DNA of 64,000 nucleotides from the NCBI GenBank assembly GCA_042408215.1, contig JAYFMW010000001.1:59627-123626 (forward strand), given 5' to 3'. The stretch's first letter is position 1. Every line of letters starts with the position of its first letter. A program made the position numbers and the translations under genes. Of the stretch, positions 42,285 through 52,674 are shown piece after piece. Under the pieces are notes generated by a model. That model worked only from the letters and a program-made list of their open reading frames with translations. It did not search any database and was not told the DNA's origin. This DNA comes from Microcoleus sp. (GTDB lineage: Bacteria; Cyanobacteriota; Cyanobacteriia; Cyanobacteriales; Microcoleaceae).

Positions 42285-42600
42285 TACAGGGTATTCCAAG
42301 TTTATGCAGTAGGGAGACTCCAGGAACCCTTCTTTGTGTCAACAATCGCCTGAAACCCTTGAGAAATCTGGGTTTTACGCCAAGTCTAGATCCCCCTAAA
42401 TCCCCCTTAAGAAGGGGGACTTTGATCGGAATCTTGTCCCCCCCTTCTTAAGGGGGGCTAGGGGGGATCTAATTTTAATAGTCAAACAGCAGTCTGTGAC
42501 AGGGTTTGACGTTAAGTTGACACTAATGGGCAATGAAGAGTCCCTACTGTGGGGATAGATCGATCGCGCGGTGTCCTTCATAAAGGTGGAATCTGCTGTA
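42285..42600. repeat. Composite palindromic MITE-like element (TACAG...CTGTA shell, CCCCCTTAAGAAGGGGG core)
   Basis: Nested inverted repeats; relatives at 46496..46604 and 56412..56740. Confidence 0.7.
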
Positions 42601-42718
42601 GATCCGCGTGGGACCCCTGGGATGATGTTTAATTTTTAATTCCTGTGAGTGGGTTGTAGATGCGGTATTTTTGGTTAAGGTTTCCTGTGTTAGCTACGAA
42701 AAGTTTTTATAGGTTTAG

Positions 42719-43309
42719 ATGTGGTTAAGAATCAATTTAAACAAGCGGCGCTACAAGCGTTTGACGAATTCACCCAATTTTCGGCTACTGCTAGCACTGT
42801 TGACGGTGTGTTGGTTTGGGTATCAGCAACTCAAGAGCGAATTTCAAAGACCCCAAGCTTTGTTAGTTCTAGGTGGGGCTACGGAGCGAGAGGTGTTTGC
42901 CGCCCAATTTGCTCGCAAGCATCCTGATTTGCCGATTTGGGTGTCTTCTGGGAGTAATCCAGAGTTCGCAGAATGGGTGTTTTCAGAAGCCGGGATTGAG
43001 TCCGATCGCGTGCATTTGGACTACAGAGCTGTAGATACGGTGACAAATTTTACCACCCTGGTAGATGAATTGGGCGATCGAGGGATTGACAGCGTGTATC
43101 TAATTACTTCTGACGATCATATGCGCCGAGCTCAGATTATCGGCGAGATTGTTCTAGGCAGCCGAGGCATTAGATTTAAGCCTGTGGCAGTGCCTTCGGG
43201 TCGAGATCCCGAACCGATGGAAAAAGCAGTTCGTGATGGCGCCAGAGCTATCCTGTGGTTAACTACCGGTTATACAGGTGCGAACTTCAGCCAGGCCAGA
43301 ATTCGGTAG
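42719..43309 (+). CDS. YdcF / DUF218 family protein
   Basis: LVLGG, WVSSGS, AVDTVTNF, LITSDDHMRRA. Confidence 0.88.
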   Translation: MWLRINLNKRRYKRLTNSPNFRLLLALLTVCWFGYQQLKSEFQRPQALLVLGGATEREVFAAQFARKHPDLPIWVSSGSNPEFAEWVFSEAGIESDRVHLDYRAVDTVTNFTTLVDELGDRGIDSVYLITSDDHMRRAQIIGEIVLGSRGIRFKPVAVPSGRDPEPMEKAVRDGARAILWLTTGYTGANFSQARIR

Positions 43310-43610
43310 CAAAGCAAGTTGCTATCCGCTAATTTTAACTGCTTCCTAGGGCGTGTTTTCTTGACCCGGAGCTCCCCCTCGCATCCCCCTTAAGAAGGCA
43401 GGGCTGTTTCATTCTTTGTAGGGGCGGTGCCAAGAGTGCCCGCCCAGAGGTCTGAAACGCTGATTTGATGGTTGGTGGGGGTAGGCACGGGGAGTAGGGG
43501 TCGCACTACCCCTACAAAATCGCGGTTTTTCCGAGAATGAAACAGCCCTGCTTCTTAAGGGGAGTGGGTGAGTAGGGGGCAAGAATGCGGGGGTATCTGG
43601 GTATTCTGTG

Positions 43611-44249
43611 TTAACGACCCAAATCGTGCATGGCATTAATCTCCGAAGCACATCTTTGAGTCAACGCTTCCAACTCCGCGCGATCCGAGGAAGTAGGTGC
43701 TTCAATTAAATTCCCAATTCGCACCGTCAGTGGCACCGAAAGCGGCAGTCCAGAATCTTTTAACGCAATGGCGTGAGTTCCCCACAAACTAACAGGTAAC
43801 AGCGGTGCTTTAGCCTTAGCAGCTATCAGTGCAGCACCTAATTTCGGTTCAGTAATTCTGCCGTCAGGCGTTCTTGTTCCTTGCAAAAAAACCCCTGTCG
43901 CCCAGCCATTTTCCAAATATTGGATAGCCGATCGAATTGCACTGCGATCGGCACTTTCCCGTTTCACAGGATAAGCACCATAAAGGGCGATCGCCTGCTT
44001 CAAAATAGGCACTTTAAATAACTCTTCCTTCGCCATAAAAGCCACCGGACGCCTCATGCAATTCGACAAAATAGGCGGGTCAAAATCGCTAGCATGATTG
44101 CTGACTACCACCAGCGGCCCAGAGTTGGGAACATTTTCAGCACCGTAGATGCGGCCCCGAAAGTACAGGTGCAGCATCGGGCTGACAATTGACCATTTGA
44201 ATAAATAGTAGAGAATTAAACTCTCCACAGGTTCGCGACTTTTGCTCAC
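43611..44249 (-). CDS. plsC: 1-acyl-sn-glycerol-3-phosphate acyltransferase
   Basis: NHASDFD (HX4D), FMAKEELF, FLQGTR. Confidence 0.9.
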   Translation of the reverse strand: MSKSREPVESLILYYLFKWSIVSPMLHLYFRGRIYGAENVPNSGPLVVVSNHASDFDPPILSNCMRRPVAFMAKEELFKVPILKQAIALYGAYPVKRESADRSAIRSAIQYLENGWATGVFLQGTRTPDGRITEPKLGAALIAAKAKAPLLPVSLWGTHAIALKDSGLPLSVPLTVRIGNLIEAPTSSDRAELEALTQRCASEINAMHDLGR

Positions 44250-44459
44250 AGAAAAACCTGAGATTTTAAATTACATCGAATATTAGCCTATCAGATCGAG
44301 TCCGTTTGAGTAGTTTAGTCCTGGATCCATGAGAGTCCAGCAACCGGGTTTTTTATCGAATCTGTCGGTAACAACAAGTATTTTGGTAAAAAAACCCGGT
44401 TTCTTTAGTTGGAGTGCATCCAGGAATGTAGCTGCTGAATGTCGAAACTTTGCAAAGGC

Positions 44460-45407
44460 TCAATTTTCGGCAAGCATCGCTTTTTGTCCTTCAGGGGAAG
44501 TCGCGTAGCCCAAGAAATCCTTAACTGCTTGGCTGGGAGGATTTTTGTAAGCGTAGTACAACTGTCGCTTGTAAGGATAATTACCAGCATCCGGCGTCGC
44601 ACCGTCTACGGGCACAACCCGCACCGTTTTCTGATTGACTACTTGAGCGAAAGTCGCATAGCCAATGCCGTTATTCCCTAAAGCTTGCAACAGGGGAGTT
44701 GTCGCATCTCGATCGAGCGTAGTGATATTTGACCCCGTACCAAAATTACCACCGTTCAGAACTTGTTCTTTAAACGTCTGGTGAGTGCCGCTAACTTCTG
44801 GTCGATTAATTACTTTAATCGGGCCCGCCGGACCGCCGACTTTCGACCAATCTTGAGCAGTTCCCTTGAAAATATCTTGAACTTGAGCGACGGTTAAACC
44901 TCCTTTGAAGGGGTTGTTCGCGCCAACTACAAGGGCGATCGCATCTAGGGCAAGGGGCACTGCTGCCAAACCCTGACCTTGTTCTTGAGCGTTCAAAGGT
45001 CGCGATACCCCAGCAATATCGGCTGTTCCTGCCACCAAATCTTGAATTCCCTTTGCAGAACCATTTGCTTTGGTATCGACTGTAGTGCCGGGAAACCTGC
45101 CTTGAAAGCCCTTCTTAAGGTTCAGGTTGATTGTCACCATACTGGTAGAACCTTGAATCCTGACAGCCGTACCCGCAGGAACAGAAGCTGGAAGCGCAAA
45201 GGAACTAGGCGAAACAGGCGCAGCACCACCGACTACTGGCGCGACGGGAAGCTGATTGGCTCCACCACCGCTTGCGGGTGTGGGAGTGGGTGTATTATTG
45301 GCATCCAGGGACGCTGGTTTGTTCAGAAAAAAGAACGCGCCGCCACCGGCGAGCAAGAAAAATAACAGAATAAAAACTATGGGGGGAGGCCCGCTACTAT
45401 TAGCCAT
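44460..45407 (-). CDS. Membrane-anchored PstS-like (PBP-like) substrate-binding protein
   Basis: IQGSTSM, GSAKGIQDL, DIAGVSR, RPEVSGT, IGYA; N-terminal TM; no ABC permease adjacent. Confidence 0.8.
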   Translation of the reverse strand: MANSSGPPPIVFILLFFLLAGGGAFFFLNKPASLDANNTPTPTPASGGGANQLPVAPVVGGAAPVSPSSFALPASVPAGTAVRIQGSTSMVTINLNLKKGFQGRFPGTTVDTKANGSAKGIQDLVAGTADIAGVSRPLNAQEQGQGLAAVPLALDAIALVVGANNPFKGGLTVAQVQDIFKGTAQDWSKVGGPAGPIKVINRPEVSGTHQTFKEQVLNGGNFGTGSNITTLDRDATTPLLQALGNNGIGYATFAQVVNQKTVRVVPVDGATPDAGNYPYKRQLYYAYKNPPSQAVKDFLGYATSPEGQKAMLAEN

Positions 45408-45438
45408 AAAATTCTCCTTGATTGCGAGGTTTACTAAG

Positions 45439-46136
45439 TTATTTGTTGTCGGAACCGTCTAACATTTTCAGCCTGCGATTAACTTCATCGTCTATGGTCA
45501 TATTTTCTAATTCTACCTGAAGTCTTTCTTGGGGATTCTCGGATAGCTCAGAAGAAGCTTGCTGTTGGAGGTTGCGGCCTTGGACGGCGTTTTTGGCTTG
45601 GTCAAATTGCGATCGAGCTGAATCGATACTCAAGTCGTTATTGACTTTGGCTATGGCTCCGAGGGCTTCGTTAATCTCGGCCAGATCTTTCATATTTTGC
45701 ATATCGGTTTTGTAGGCTTCCAGCTTTGTCCGCTCTCGATTTAGCTTGTCTTTGGAAGCGTTGACGTACTGTTCGGCTTGTTTTACTTGGGCTTCTAACT
45801 GTGGCAAAATTTGTTCTGTCTGAATTACCTTCGACATTGCCAAGCGGGCTGCTTCTTCGTTGCCGTTGCGCTTGGCTGTTATGGCTTGGCGCTCTACAGT
45901 TTGCATTTCCCTAACTTTTTCTTCATATTTTGTTTTGGCGCGCTGGTAGGCTGCAACTTGAGTTGAGACTGCTGTTGCTAGTTTTTGCACTGATTCTTGC
46001 ATCGATCGCAAAGACTCTTCGGCCACCGCCACCGCCACCTTACCACCGGATTCTACGGGGATTCCCCACATCCAGTTCCACGCACTATGGTTCTGCTTGC
46101 CTTTTCGCCCATCCACCAGTAAAGAAGTTTTTTCAG
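45439..46136 (-). CDS. PspA/IM30 family coiled-coil protein (possible 5' frameshift)
   Basis: GNEEAARLAM motif and long coiled coil; upstream frame reads LKKLLYWWMGEKASRTIV and shifts near 46082 into WNWMWGIPVESGG. Confidence 0.75.
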
Positions 46137-46288
46137 AGGAATACCAGAGCAGTTTGATTTTTACGCAAGCGTCTACATCAGGATTTGTCGATCGCCCGAC
46201 TGACCGATCGATTATACATTTTTGACAGGACTTAGGCCTTGTAATGGTGTTGCAAGGGTTTGAGATTCTTCGCTTCCCTCAGAATGAC

Positions 46289-46473
46289 CAAAAAACTGGG
46301 ATACAAGCCCCGTCATAAGCTTGACGGCTTTTTGCTAGAATACAGATAGTCGCCTCGCGGGCATTGGGAGACTCTAAACGGACGTGGAGCGACGGTAAGA
46401 CTACCGCTTGCGGAGCGCGTTGCTATGAAGCGTCAAGGAATCCTCGGACTTGATAGACGGGGAGGTATGTCAA
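46289..46473 (+). mobile_element. 185-bp IS200/IS605 mini-element: left end plus TnpB omegaRNA/right end only
   Basis: ATGAC|CAAAAAACTGGGATACAAGCCCCGTC..GACGGCTT; GACTCTAAACGG..AGACTA..TGAAGCGTCAAG..GGGGAGGTATGTCAA, motifs shared with the 3' end of tnpB 8995..10182. Confidence 0.82.
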
Positions 46474-46756
46474 ATAATTACCCCTCAGAATGACATACAG
46501 CGGAAACCGCTGTTATGAGGTACACCCACTTATCGTTCAATCCTCCTAGGGACACTCCAAGAGCCGTGTCCCTACCGTGTTTCATAACAGCGGGAACTGC
46601 TGTAATTACGTTGTTAATGCGTCCAGGACTATTTGATTGGGATTTTCAACGTGACCAAAAAAGTAGTCGGTCACTCTAATTAAACAAATTAGACCCCCGA
46701 CTTCTTTAAGAAGTCGGGGGTCTGCCTCTTCTGTTTTTTTTAGGTTAACAAATAGA

Positions 46757-47635
46757 TTATTTTGGCAAATCTGCAAAACTGCTAACATTTACCAGTGTTA
46801 AATCTGGAGTTGTCCGTTTAATCAAACCTGTCAGGACTTTACCGGGGCCAATTTCCACAACGCGATCGATTCCCTGTTGTGGTAATTGCAGCGAAATTTC
46901 TCGCCAGCGCACGCCTTTGGTCATCTGCTGAGTCAACCGCTGCTTCAAAGTAGCTCCGCTTGTAGTGGCTGACGGTTCAGAGTTAGAGAGCACCAGCATC
47001 TTAGCATCTGAAAACCTTGCAGATTTTAAAACTTGTTGAAACTCATTCGCCACTGGTGACATCAGGGGAGAGTGAAACGCGCCGGAAACATTCAATTTAA
47101 CCGCGCGTTTGACTTTGATTTTGGCAAGCAATTCTTCTACTGCTGTCGGCGTTCCAGAAATGACGACTTGTGCTTCGCTGTTATCGTTGGCCAGCACCAC
47201 GTCTCGGCTGTATTGAATTTGCAGTTCTAGTTCCTGTCTGTCAAATCCAATCAAAGCCACCATTTGCCCGCCGGAGACATTCTCCATGAGTTCGGCGCGG
47301 CGTTTAACTAAGCGCAATCCCGTTTCAAAGTCAAAGACGCCTGCTGCGTAAAGGGCAACATATTCTCCTAAACTGTGACCTGCAACCACTGCGGGCCGAT
47401 CGAACTTTTCGCGCACTAAATCGGTCAAAATGCTTTCGATCACGTACAAGCAAGGCTGAGTGTAGAGAGTCCGAGAGAGTTTTGCTTCTTCTTGGCAAAT
47501 TTCCGGGACAGACCAGCCTAAAATCTCTTTTGCTAGCTCAAATTTGGCTTTGGCTTTTGGCAAGTTTAATAAGTCTGCACCCATCCCGATCGCCTGGGAA
47601 CCTTGTCCGGGAAATACCCATGCTGTTTTAGTCAT
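46757..47635 (-). CDS. fabD: Malonyl-CoA:ACP transacylase
   Basis: FPGQGSQ, GHSLGEY, SGAFHS, EIGPGKVL. Confidence 0.97.
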   Translation of the reverse strand: MTKTAWVFPGQGSQAIGMGADLLNLPKAKAKFELAKEILGWSVPEICQEEAKLSRTLYTQPCLYVIESILTDLVREKFDRPAVVAGHSLGEYVALYAAGVFDFETGLRLVKRRAELMENVSGGQMVALIGFDRQELELQIQYSRDVVLANDNSEAQVVISGTPTAVEELLAKIKVKRAVKLNVSGAFHSPLMSPVANEFQQVLKSARFSDAKMLVLSNSEPSATTSGATLKQRLTQQMTKGVRWREISLQLPQQGIDRVVEIGPGKVLTGLIKRTTPDLTLVNVSSFADLPK

Positions 47636-47959
47636 TTTTCCGGTAATTTGCTAATTGGTAGTTGCTAATTGGTGATTGCGGATGTTATTTAAAAGAGTTA
47701 TTTGTTTCTCGCTCATAATTTCGCTGGCTGGTATCCACTATCTTTCGGTTGACTAACTCTCTATGCGCGACTCACAATTATAACATACAACTGCGATTTT
47801 TTTTTGAATTTGTCTGATTTCTTTGGGCTGGTGGCATCAAATTAATATTGACAGGATAATTACCCAGCTTCAATCCAGGGAAAGTCGATCGCGCCAAAAC
47901 AGGATTTTCAGTCTCCCACTCAAAAACAGGGCGATCGCCAGCAGCCGGCTACCCAATAT

Positions 47960-48961
47960 TTACCTTCCCCATTGAAAAATCACCGCCCCCCAAGTCAAAC
48001 CAGCACCGAAGCCAGCCGCAGCAATAGTATCGCCCGCTTTAACTTTACCCTGACGCACAGCTTCATCTAGAGCCAGGGGAATAGAAGCCGCTGAGGTATT
48101 GCCGTAATTTGCCAAATTGCTGATGACTTTTTCCGGCGGAATCTTTAGCCTTTGGGCCACTGCATCGAGAATCCGCTGATTAGCTTGGTGTAACAGCAGC
48201 CAGTCAATGTCTGTGACGCTGATATTTGCCCGAAACATCGCTTTTTCGATCACTTCCGGGACTTTCCGCACAGCAAACCGATAAATTTCTTGACCATTCA
48301 TGGTGATGGGTTGAAATGCACCTTGTCCGATCCTGACGCCATCTATTAATTCTTTTGACTCTCCTTGGTAAGCCAAGTTGAGAGAGGAATTTTGGGCACC
48401 GTCGCTGCGAATTTCAAATCCCAACAGGCGATCGGTTTCTGAAGCTTGCAATACTACCGCACCCGCCCCATCTCCAAATAAAATGCAACTACCTCGATCG
48501 GACCAATTCACCCAGCGAGATAAAATATCCGCTCCGATCAGCAAAACATTTTGATAAACCCCTGTCCGAATGAACTGCGAGGCTGTCACTAAACCAAAAA
48601 CAAAGCCCGAACAAGCTGCTGTCAAATCAAAAGCCACAGCTTTTGTCGCGCCCAACCGATATTGAATTTGACTAGCACTACCAAACAAATCGTCAGGGCT
48701 TGAGGTAGCCAAAATAATCAAATCGATATCAGTCGGCAAAATTTCTGCCATTGCGATCGCCTTTTGAGATGCCTCTGTGGCTAAATCGCACAAAGACATT
48801 CCATCAGTCGCCAATCTGCGGGAGTGAATTCCCGTTCGCGCCGCTATCCACTCGTCAGAGGTTTCCACAATCTGACTCAAACCGTGATTATCCAGCGAAA
48901 CCTGCGGCGTACAAGAACCGCTACCCGTGACGACAATGCCGAACCCTGATTGCTGCAACAT
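47960..48961 (-). CDS. fabH: Beta-ketoacyl-ACP synthase III
   Basis: AACSGF, LHQANQR, YGNTSAAS, FGAGLTWG. Confidence 0.97.
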   Translation of the reverse strand: MLQQSGFGIVVTGSGSCTPQVSLDNHGLSQIVETSDEWIAARTGIHSRRLATDGMSLCDLATEASQKAIAMAEILPTDIDLIILATSSPDDLFGSASQIQYRLGATKAVAFDLTAACSGFVFGLVTASQFIRTGVYQNVLLIGADILSRWVNWSDRGSCILFGDGAGAVVLQASETDRLLGFEIRSDGAQNSSLNLAYQGESKELIDGVRIGQGAFQPITMNGQEIYRFAVRKVPEVIEKAMFRANISVTDIDWLLLHQANQRILDAVAQRLKIPPEKVISNLANYGNTSAASIPLALDEAVRQGKVKAGDTIAAAGFGAGLTWGAVIFQWGR

Positions 48962-49292
48962 TCCTCTCCATTTATGAGCGATGGGTCGAGAAATTAAAAA
49001 TTAAAAACTACAAATTAAAAGTCTTTTTGACAGGACTGAAATTACTTTTTTTAACAGGAGTTACGCCAGGAGTCTATGGTTAAACAATTTGTAGTAAGGT
49101 GCGATAGTTGCACCCTACAACTAGAGTCTGTGCGTAAGTCCTATTTAGTTTAAACACTACCTGTAATAGTAAGGTGCGATAGTTGCACCCTACAACTAGA
49201 GTCTGTGCGTAAGTCCTATTTAAGCAAAACAGCTTGTTTAAGCTTACATTTTTAATTGGACATTTTTAATTTTTAATTCCCGCGTACTGCCT

Positions 49293-50342
49293 CTAATTCC
49301 TAGCTTCTTGTTCCAGAGCGCTTTTGCGATATTCCTCCAGAATTCGCTCCTGCACTTGGTTGTCAATAGCTCCCTTAGCCAAACGAACAGCATTGCAAAT
49401 TGAAGCAGCTTGAGACGAACCGTGGCTGATAATGCAAACTCCAGCAACGCCCAACAGCAAACCGCCGCCGTGTTCAACGTGGTCTACCCGCTGCTTAAAC
49501 CCTCTCAGGCTTTCTTGCAGTAGGGGAGCGCTAATTTGATTTTGGAGTCCCGCAGCCAATTCTTCCTTAAGCACTTGCACCACGACTTCGCCCACCGCTT
49601 CAGCAAACTTCAACAAAACGTTGCCGACAAACCCGTCGCAGACAATCACGTCGAAGTTCCCCGATAGTACATCGCGGCCTTCGGCATTCCCCACAAAAGG
49701 AATGTGAGGATTGTCCACCAATAACTGGTGAGTGCGTACCGCAGCGTCGTTACCTTTAGAAGGTTCTTCGCCAATGTTGAGCAAACCGATTTTGGGTTCG
49801 GCGACGCCCAGCACGTACTGGCTGTAAATAGTTCCCATAACAGCGAACTGCTCCAAAAATTTGGGGCGGCAGTCCACATTAGCGCCGACATCGAGAATCA
49901 GTACAGCGCGGTTCGGTATCATTGTCGGCAACACCGCACCGATCGCGGGGCGATCGATTCCGGGTATTCGCCCTAATCTCAGCAGGGCCGCAGCCATAGC
50001 AGCGCCGGAGTGACCGGCGGACACCACAGCATCGGCTTGCTGGTGCTTCACCAAGTTCATCGCTACGTTAATCGAAGCTTTGGGCTTGCGTTTGAGGGCA
50101 CTCAAAGCTTCTTCGTGCATTTCCACCGTTCCTTCAGAAGGAACGATTTCTAGCTGACCTTTACAGACGCGGCCGATCGCGTCTTGTTGCAGGAGCGAGG
50201 CTTCTATTTGCTGTGGATCACCCACTAGCAAAATCTCTACGCCTAATTCTTCTTGTGCTTTGAGCGCTCCCGCCACAACTTCGGCGGGGGCATGATCCCC
50301 GCCCATAGCGTCTATTGCAATTCTTGCGCGTGTCGATCCCAT
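49293..50342 (-). CDS. plsX: Phosphate acyltransferase
   Basis: IAIDAMGGDHAP, SAGHSGA, DVGANVD, CDGFVGN; ATG at 50342. Confidence 0.97.
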   Translation of the reverse strand: MGSTRARIAIDAMGGDHAPAEVVAGALKAQEELGVEILLVGDPQQIEASLLQQDAIGRVCKGQLEIVPSEGTVEMHEEALSALKRKPKASINVAMNLVKHQQADAVVSAGHSGAAMAAALLRLGRIPGIDRPAIGAVLPTMIPNRAVLILDVGANVDCRPKFLEQFAVMGTIYSQYVLGVAEPKIGLLNIGEEPSKGNDAAVRTHQLLVDNPHIPFVGNAEGRDVLSGNFDVIVCDGFVGNVLLKFAEAVGEVVVQVLKEELAAGLQNQISAPLLQESLRGFKQRVDHVEHGGGLLLGVAGVCIISHGSSQAASICNAVRLAKGAIDNQVQERILEEYRKSALEQEARN

Positions 50343-50408
50343 TGACCAATGTTTGATAAACACTAAAAATTCTACCAGGAAGTTGGGAGCCTGAGTTCAG
50401 AATTCTGA

Positions 50409-50707
50409 TTGACACTCCCCGGTCTAAAGACACGGGGATTCTTAAGGACAAACTTTGGGGGATGAATCCACCCAAATCTTGATTCTTAAAGGGTTTGTCA
50501 ATAACCCACTACCCACTCGCCCATTGCTGAGTCTATGGCTACTTGTGGTAGGCATTTGCTGGTATAGACCTGCGTCTGTGTATCCATCCCACATTTTTAC
50601 GGTAACAGAATGTGGTTTGTGTCTTGCATAAAGAGGGCTGGCTGGATAAATCCTGCAACGCCCTTTCATCCCTGGACTAAAGTCACAGGGTTTTCAGGGT
50701 ATTTCTG
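50409..50707 (-). mobile_element. Second copy of the 299-bp IS200/IS605 mini-element
   Basis: Reverse complement of 31043..31341 with few substitutions; again preceded by TTTAT and ending in TCAA. Confidence 0.85.
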
Positions 50708-50859
50708 ATAAAAAACTATAGCAGAAGCAAGAAGCAAGAAGGAAGAAGGCAGAAGTCAGAAGGGAAATGCAATAAAATCAATGGTTTCAGTCTTAAGTTG
50801 ACACCAATTATCGGCCGGGCTTGGGCCCTACCGATCGAGTTGGTGCGTAATTCCTATGT

Positions 50860-51102
50860 CAATTAACTGTTAACTGTTGACGGTTGACCGTTGACAGTTA
50901 ACAGTTAATTGTGGTCATGCCGCCAGCGAACAGTCAACAGCGAACAGTCAACAGCGAACAGTCAACAGCGAACAGTCAACAGCGAACAGTCAACTTTTGA
51001 CGGTTGACAGTTGACGGTTGACTGTGGTCAGACCGCCAGCGAACAGTCAACAGCGAACAGTCAACAGCGAACAGTCAACAGTCAACAGCGAACAGTCAAC
51101 TT
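50860..51102. repeat. STRR arrays (GTTGACA/GTTAACA and 14-mer CAGCGAACAGTCAA)
   Basis: Two blocks of direct tandem repeats, no unique spacers. Confidence 0.85.
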
Positions 51103-51166
51103 TACTATTCTTGACTGCAAATTGAAAAACTGAATGTCATAGTTATTCAGAATTTAGGAGTAAAAA

Positions 51167-52501
51167 ATGCTGGATTTATTTAGTTCGGGAATCATGTCTC
51201 TGTGGCTGGAGATGGCTGGGGTACGCAGTGTGGGGCTGAATGCTGCGTCAGTTCTGGCTTGGGAAGGAGGAATGCCCGGGTTGGTGTTGGCGGTCGATTT
51301 AGCTGTGGGGGGAGTGCCCTTGGCTAATCCAGATTTGCCCGCAGCAGCGACGGTGCGAGAATTTTTAACAGATTTGAAGGCGAAGGGGCTGATTGAGGGG
51401 AATCAGGGAGTTTGGATGCAGTCGGGAATGGTGCCGCTGGTAAGTCAGCAGGGGACAACGCTGATGCCGGGGGCTTCCCTGACTAAGATTGCGACTTCTT
51501 TGGCGTCCCTGGAAACTTGGGGCGCAGATTATCAGTTTGAAACGCGGTTCCGGGGGACCGGACCGATCGCCCAGGGTGTGTTGCAGGGGGATTTGGTGGT
51601 CAGTGGCGGGGGTGATCCGCTGTTTGTGTGGGAGGAGGCGATCGCCGTTGGTAATGCTCTCAACCAAATGGGTATTAATCGGGTGGCAGGAAATTTAATT
51701 GTGACTGGCAATTTCCGCATCAATTATCAGTCCGAGCCTGTGGCTGCGGGGGAGATGTTGCGGCAGGCCCTCGATGGTCGCAGTTGGCCACCGGATGTGC
51801 AGGCAATTTATTCTAAGATGGCTCCGGGAACTAGAAAGCCGCAGGTGGCGGTGGATGGCGGCGTGATTGCTCGGAAATTTTTACCTGCTTCCCGTTTGTT
51901 GCTGAAGCGTCGATCGCTCCCTTTAGCGGAAATTCTCAAGCAGATGAACGTCCACAGCGATAATGAAATTGCTCAGATGCTGGCCGACAATTTGGGCGGG
52001 GCTAAAATAGTGCAGCAGCAAGCGACTTGGGCGGCGGGTGTGCCGGCGGCGGAACTTCAATTAGTGAATGGTTCGGGATTGGGAGTCGAAAATCGGATGT
52101 CTCCGAGGGCGGCTTGTGGGATGATGCAGGCGATCGGGCGCTACCTTCAGACTACTCCACTGACGATTGCTGACTTATTTCCGGTGTCTGGGCGCGATCT
52201 AGGCACTGTCGAATACCGACACATTCCCCCCTACGCTGTGGTGAAAACAGGCACCTTGGACAGCGTGATTGCCTTGGCTGGAGCGATACCGACGCGCGAT
52301 CGGGGTTTAGTTTGGTTTGCAATTATCAATCGCGGCACGGATTGGGACTCTTTGAGAGCGCAGCAAGATTTGTTTTTGCAAAAGTTGGTGCAGCAGTGGG
52401 GAACCGCACCAACGTTGCCTCTGGCAATGGAGCCCCACATTGACGGCGCGAAACCCGCCTTGGGGGCGGCAAATCGTAGCGATATTTTATTGGGAGGCTG
52501 A
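51167..52501 (+). CDS. dacB: D-Ala-D-Ala carboxypeptidase/endopeptidase (peptidase S13, PBP4)
   Basis: ASLTK (SxxK), SDN, NGSGL, KTGTL. Confidence 0.9.
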   Translation: MLDLFSSGIMSLWLEMAGVRSVGLNAASVLAWEGGMPGLVLAVDLAVGGVPLANPDLPAAATVREFLTDLKAKGLIEGNQGVWMQSGMVPLVSQQGTTLMPGASLTKIATSLASLETWGADYQFETRFRGTGPIAQGVLQGDLVVSGGGDPLFVWEEAIAVGNALNQMGINRVAGNLIVTGNFRINYQSEPVAAGEMLRQALDGRSWPPDVQAIYSKMAPGTRKPQVAVDGGVIARKFLPASRLLLKRRSLPLAEILKQMNVHSDNEIAQMLADNLGGAKIVQQQATWAAGVPAAELQLVNGSGLGVENRMSPRAACGMMQAIGRYLQTTPLTIADLFPVSGRDLGTVEYRHIPPYAVVKTGTLDSVIALAGAIPTRDRGLVWFAIINRGTDWDSLRAQQDLFLQKLVQQWGTAPTLPLAMEPHIDGAKPALGAANRSDILLGG

Positions 52502-52674
52502 GGGAAGAAGTCCTTAGTCCGTAGTCATTAGTCCTTAGGTAGTAGGCAGATTAATGCCCCATTCCCAATTCCCGATGCCCCATTCCCAATTCCCGATGCC
52601 CAATTCCCACAGCATAATCTGAGATTTCGCGCCTGTTGTATGTCACAATTGGGACAGGACTATTGTGCAAGAAG

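Noticed and set aside
49092..49222. Two 56-bp direct repeats with a 19-bp spacer, CRISPR-like
   Set aside because: Only two units, repeat too long, no cas genes; a local duplication of a REP-like end
50925..51102. 14-mer tandem array as CRISPR
   Set aside because: No unique spacers; ordinary cyanobacterial STRR
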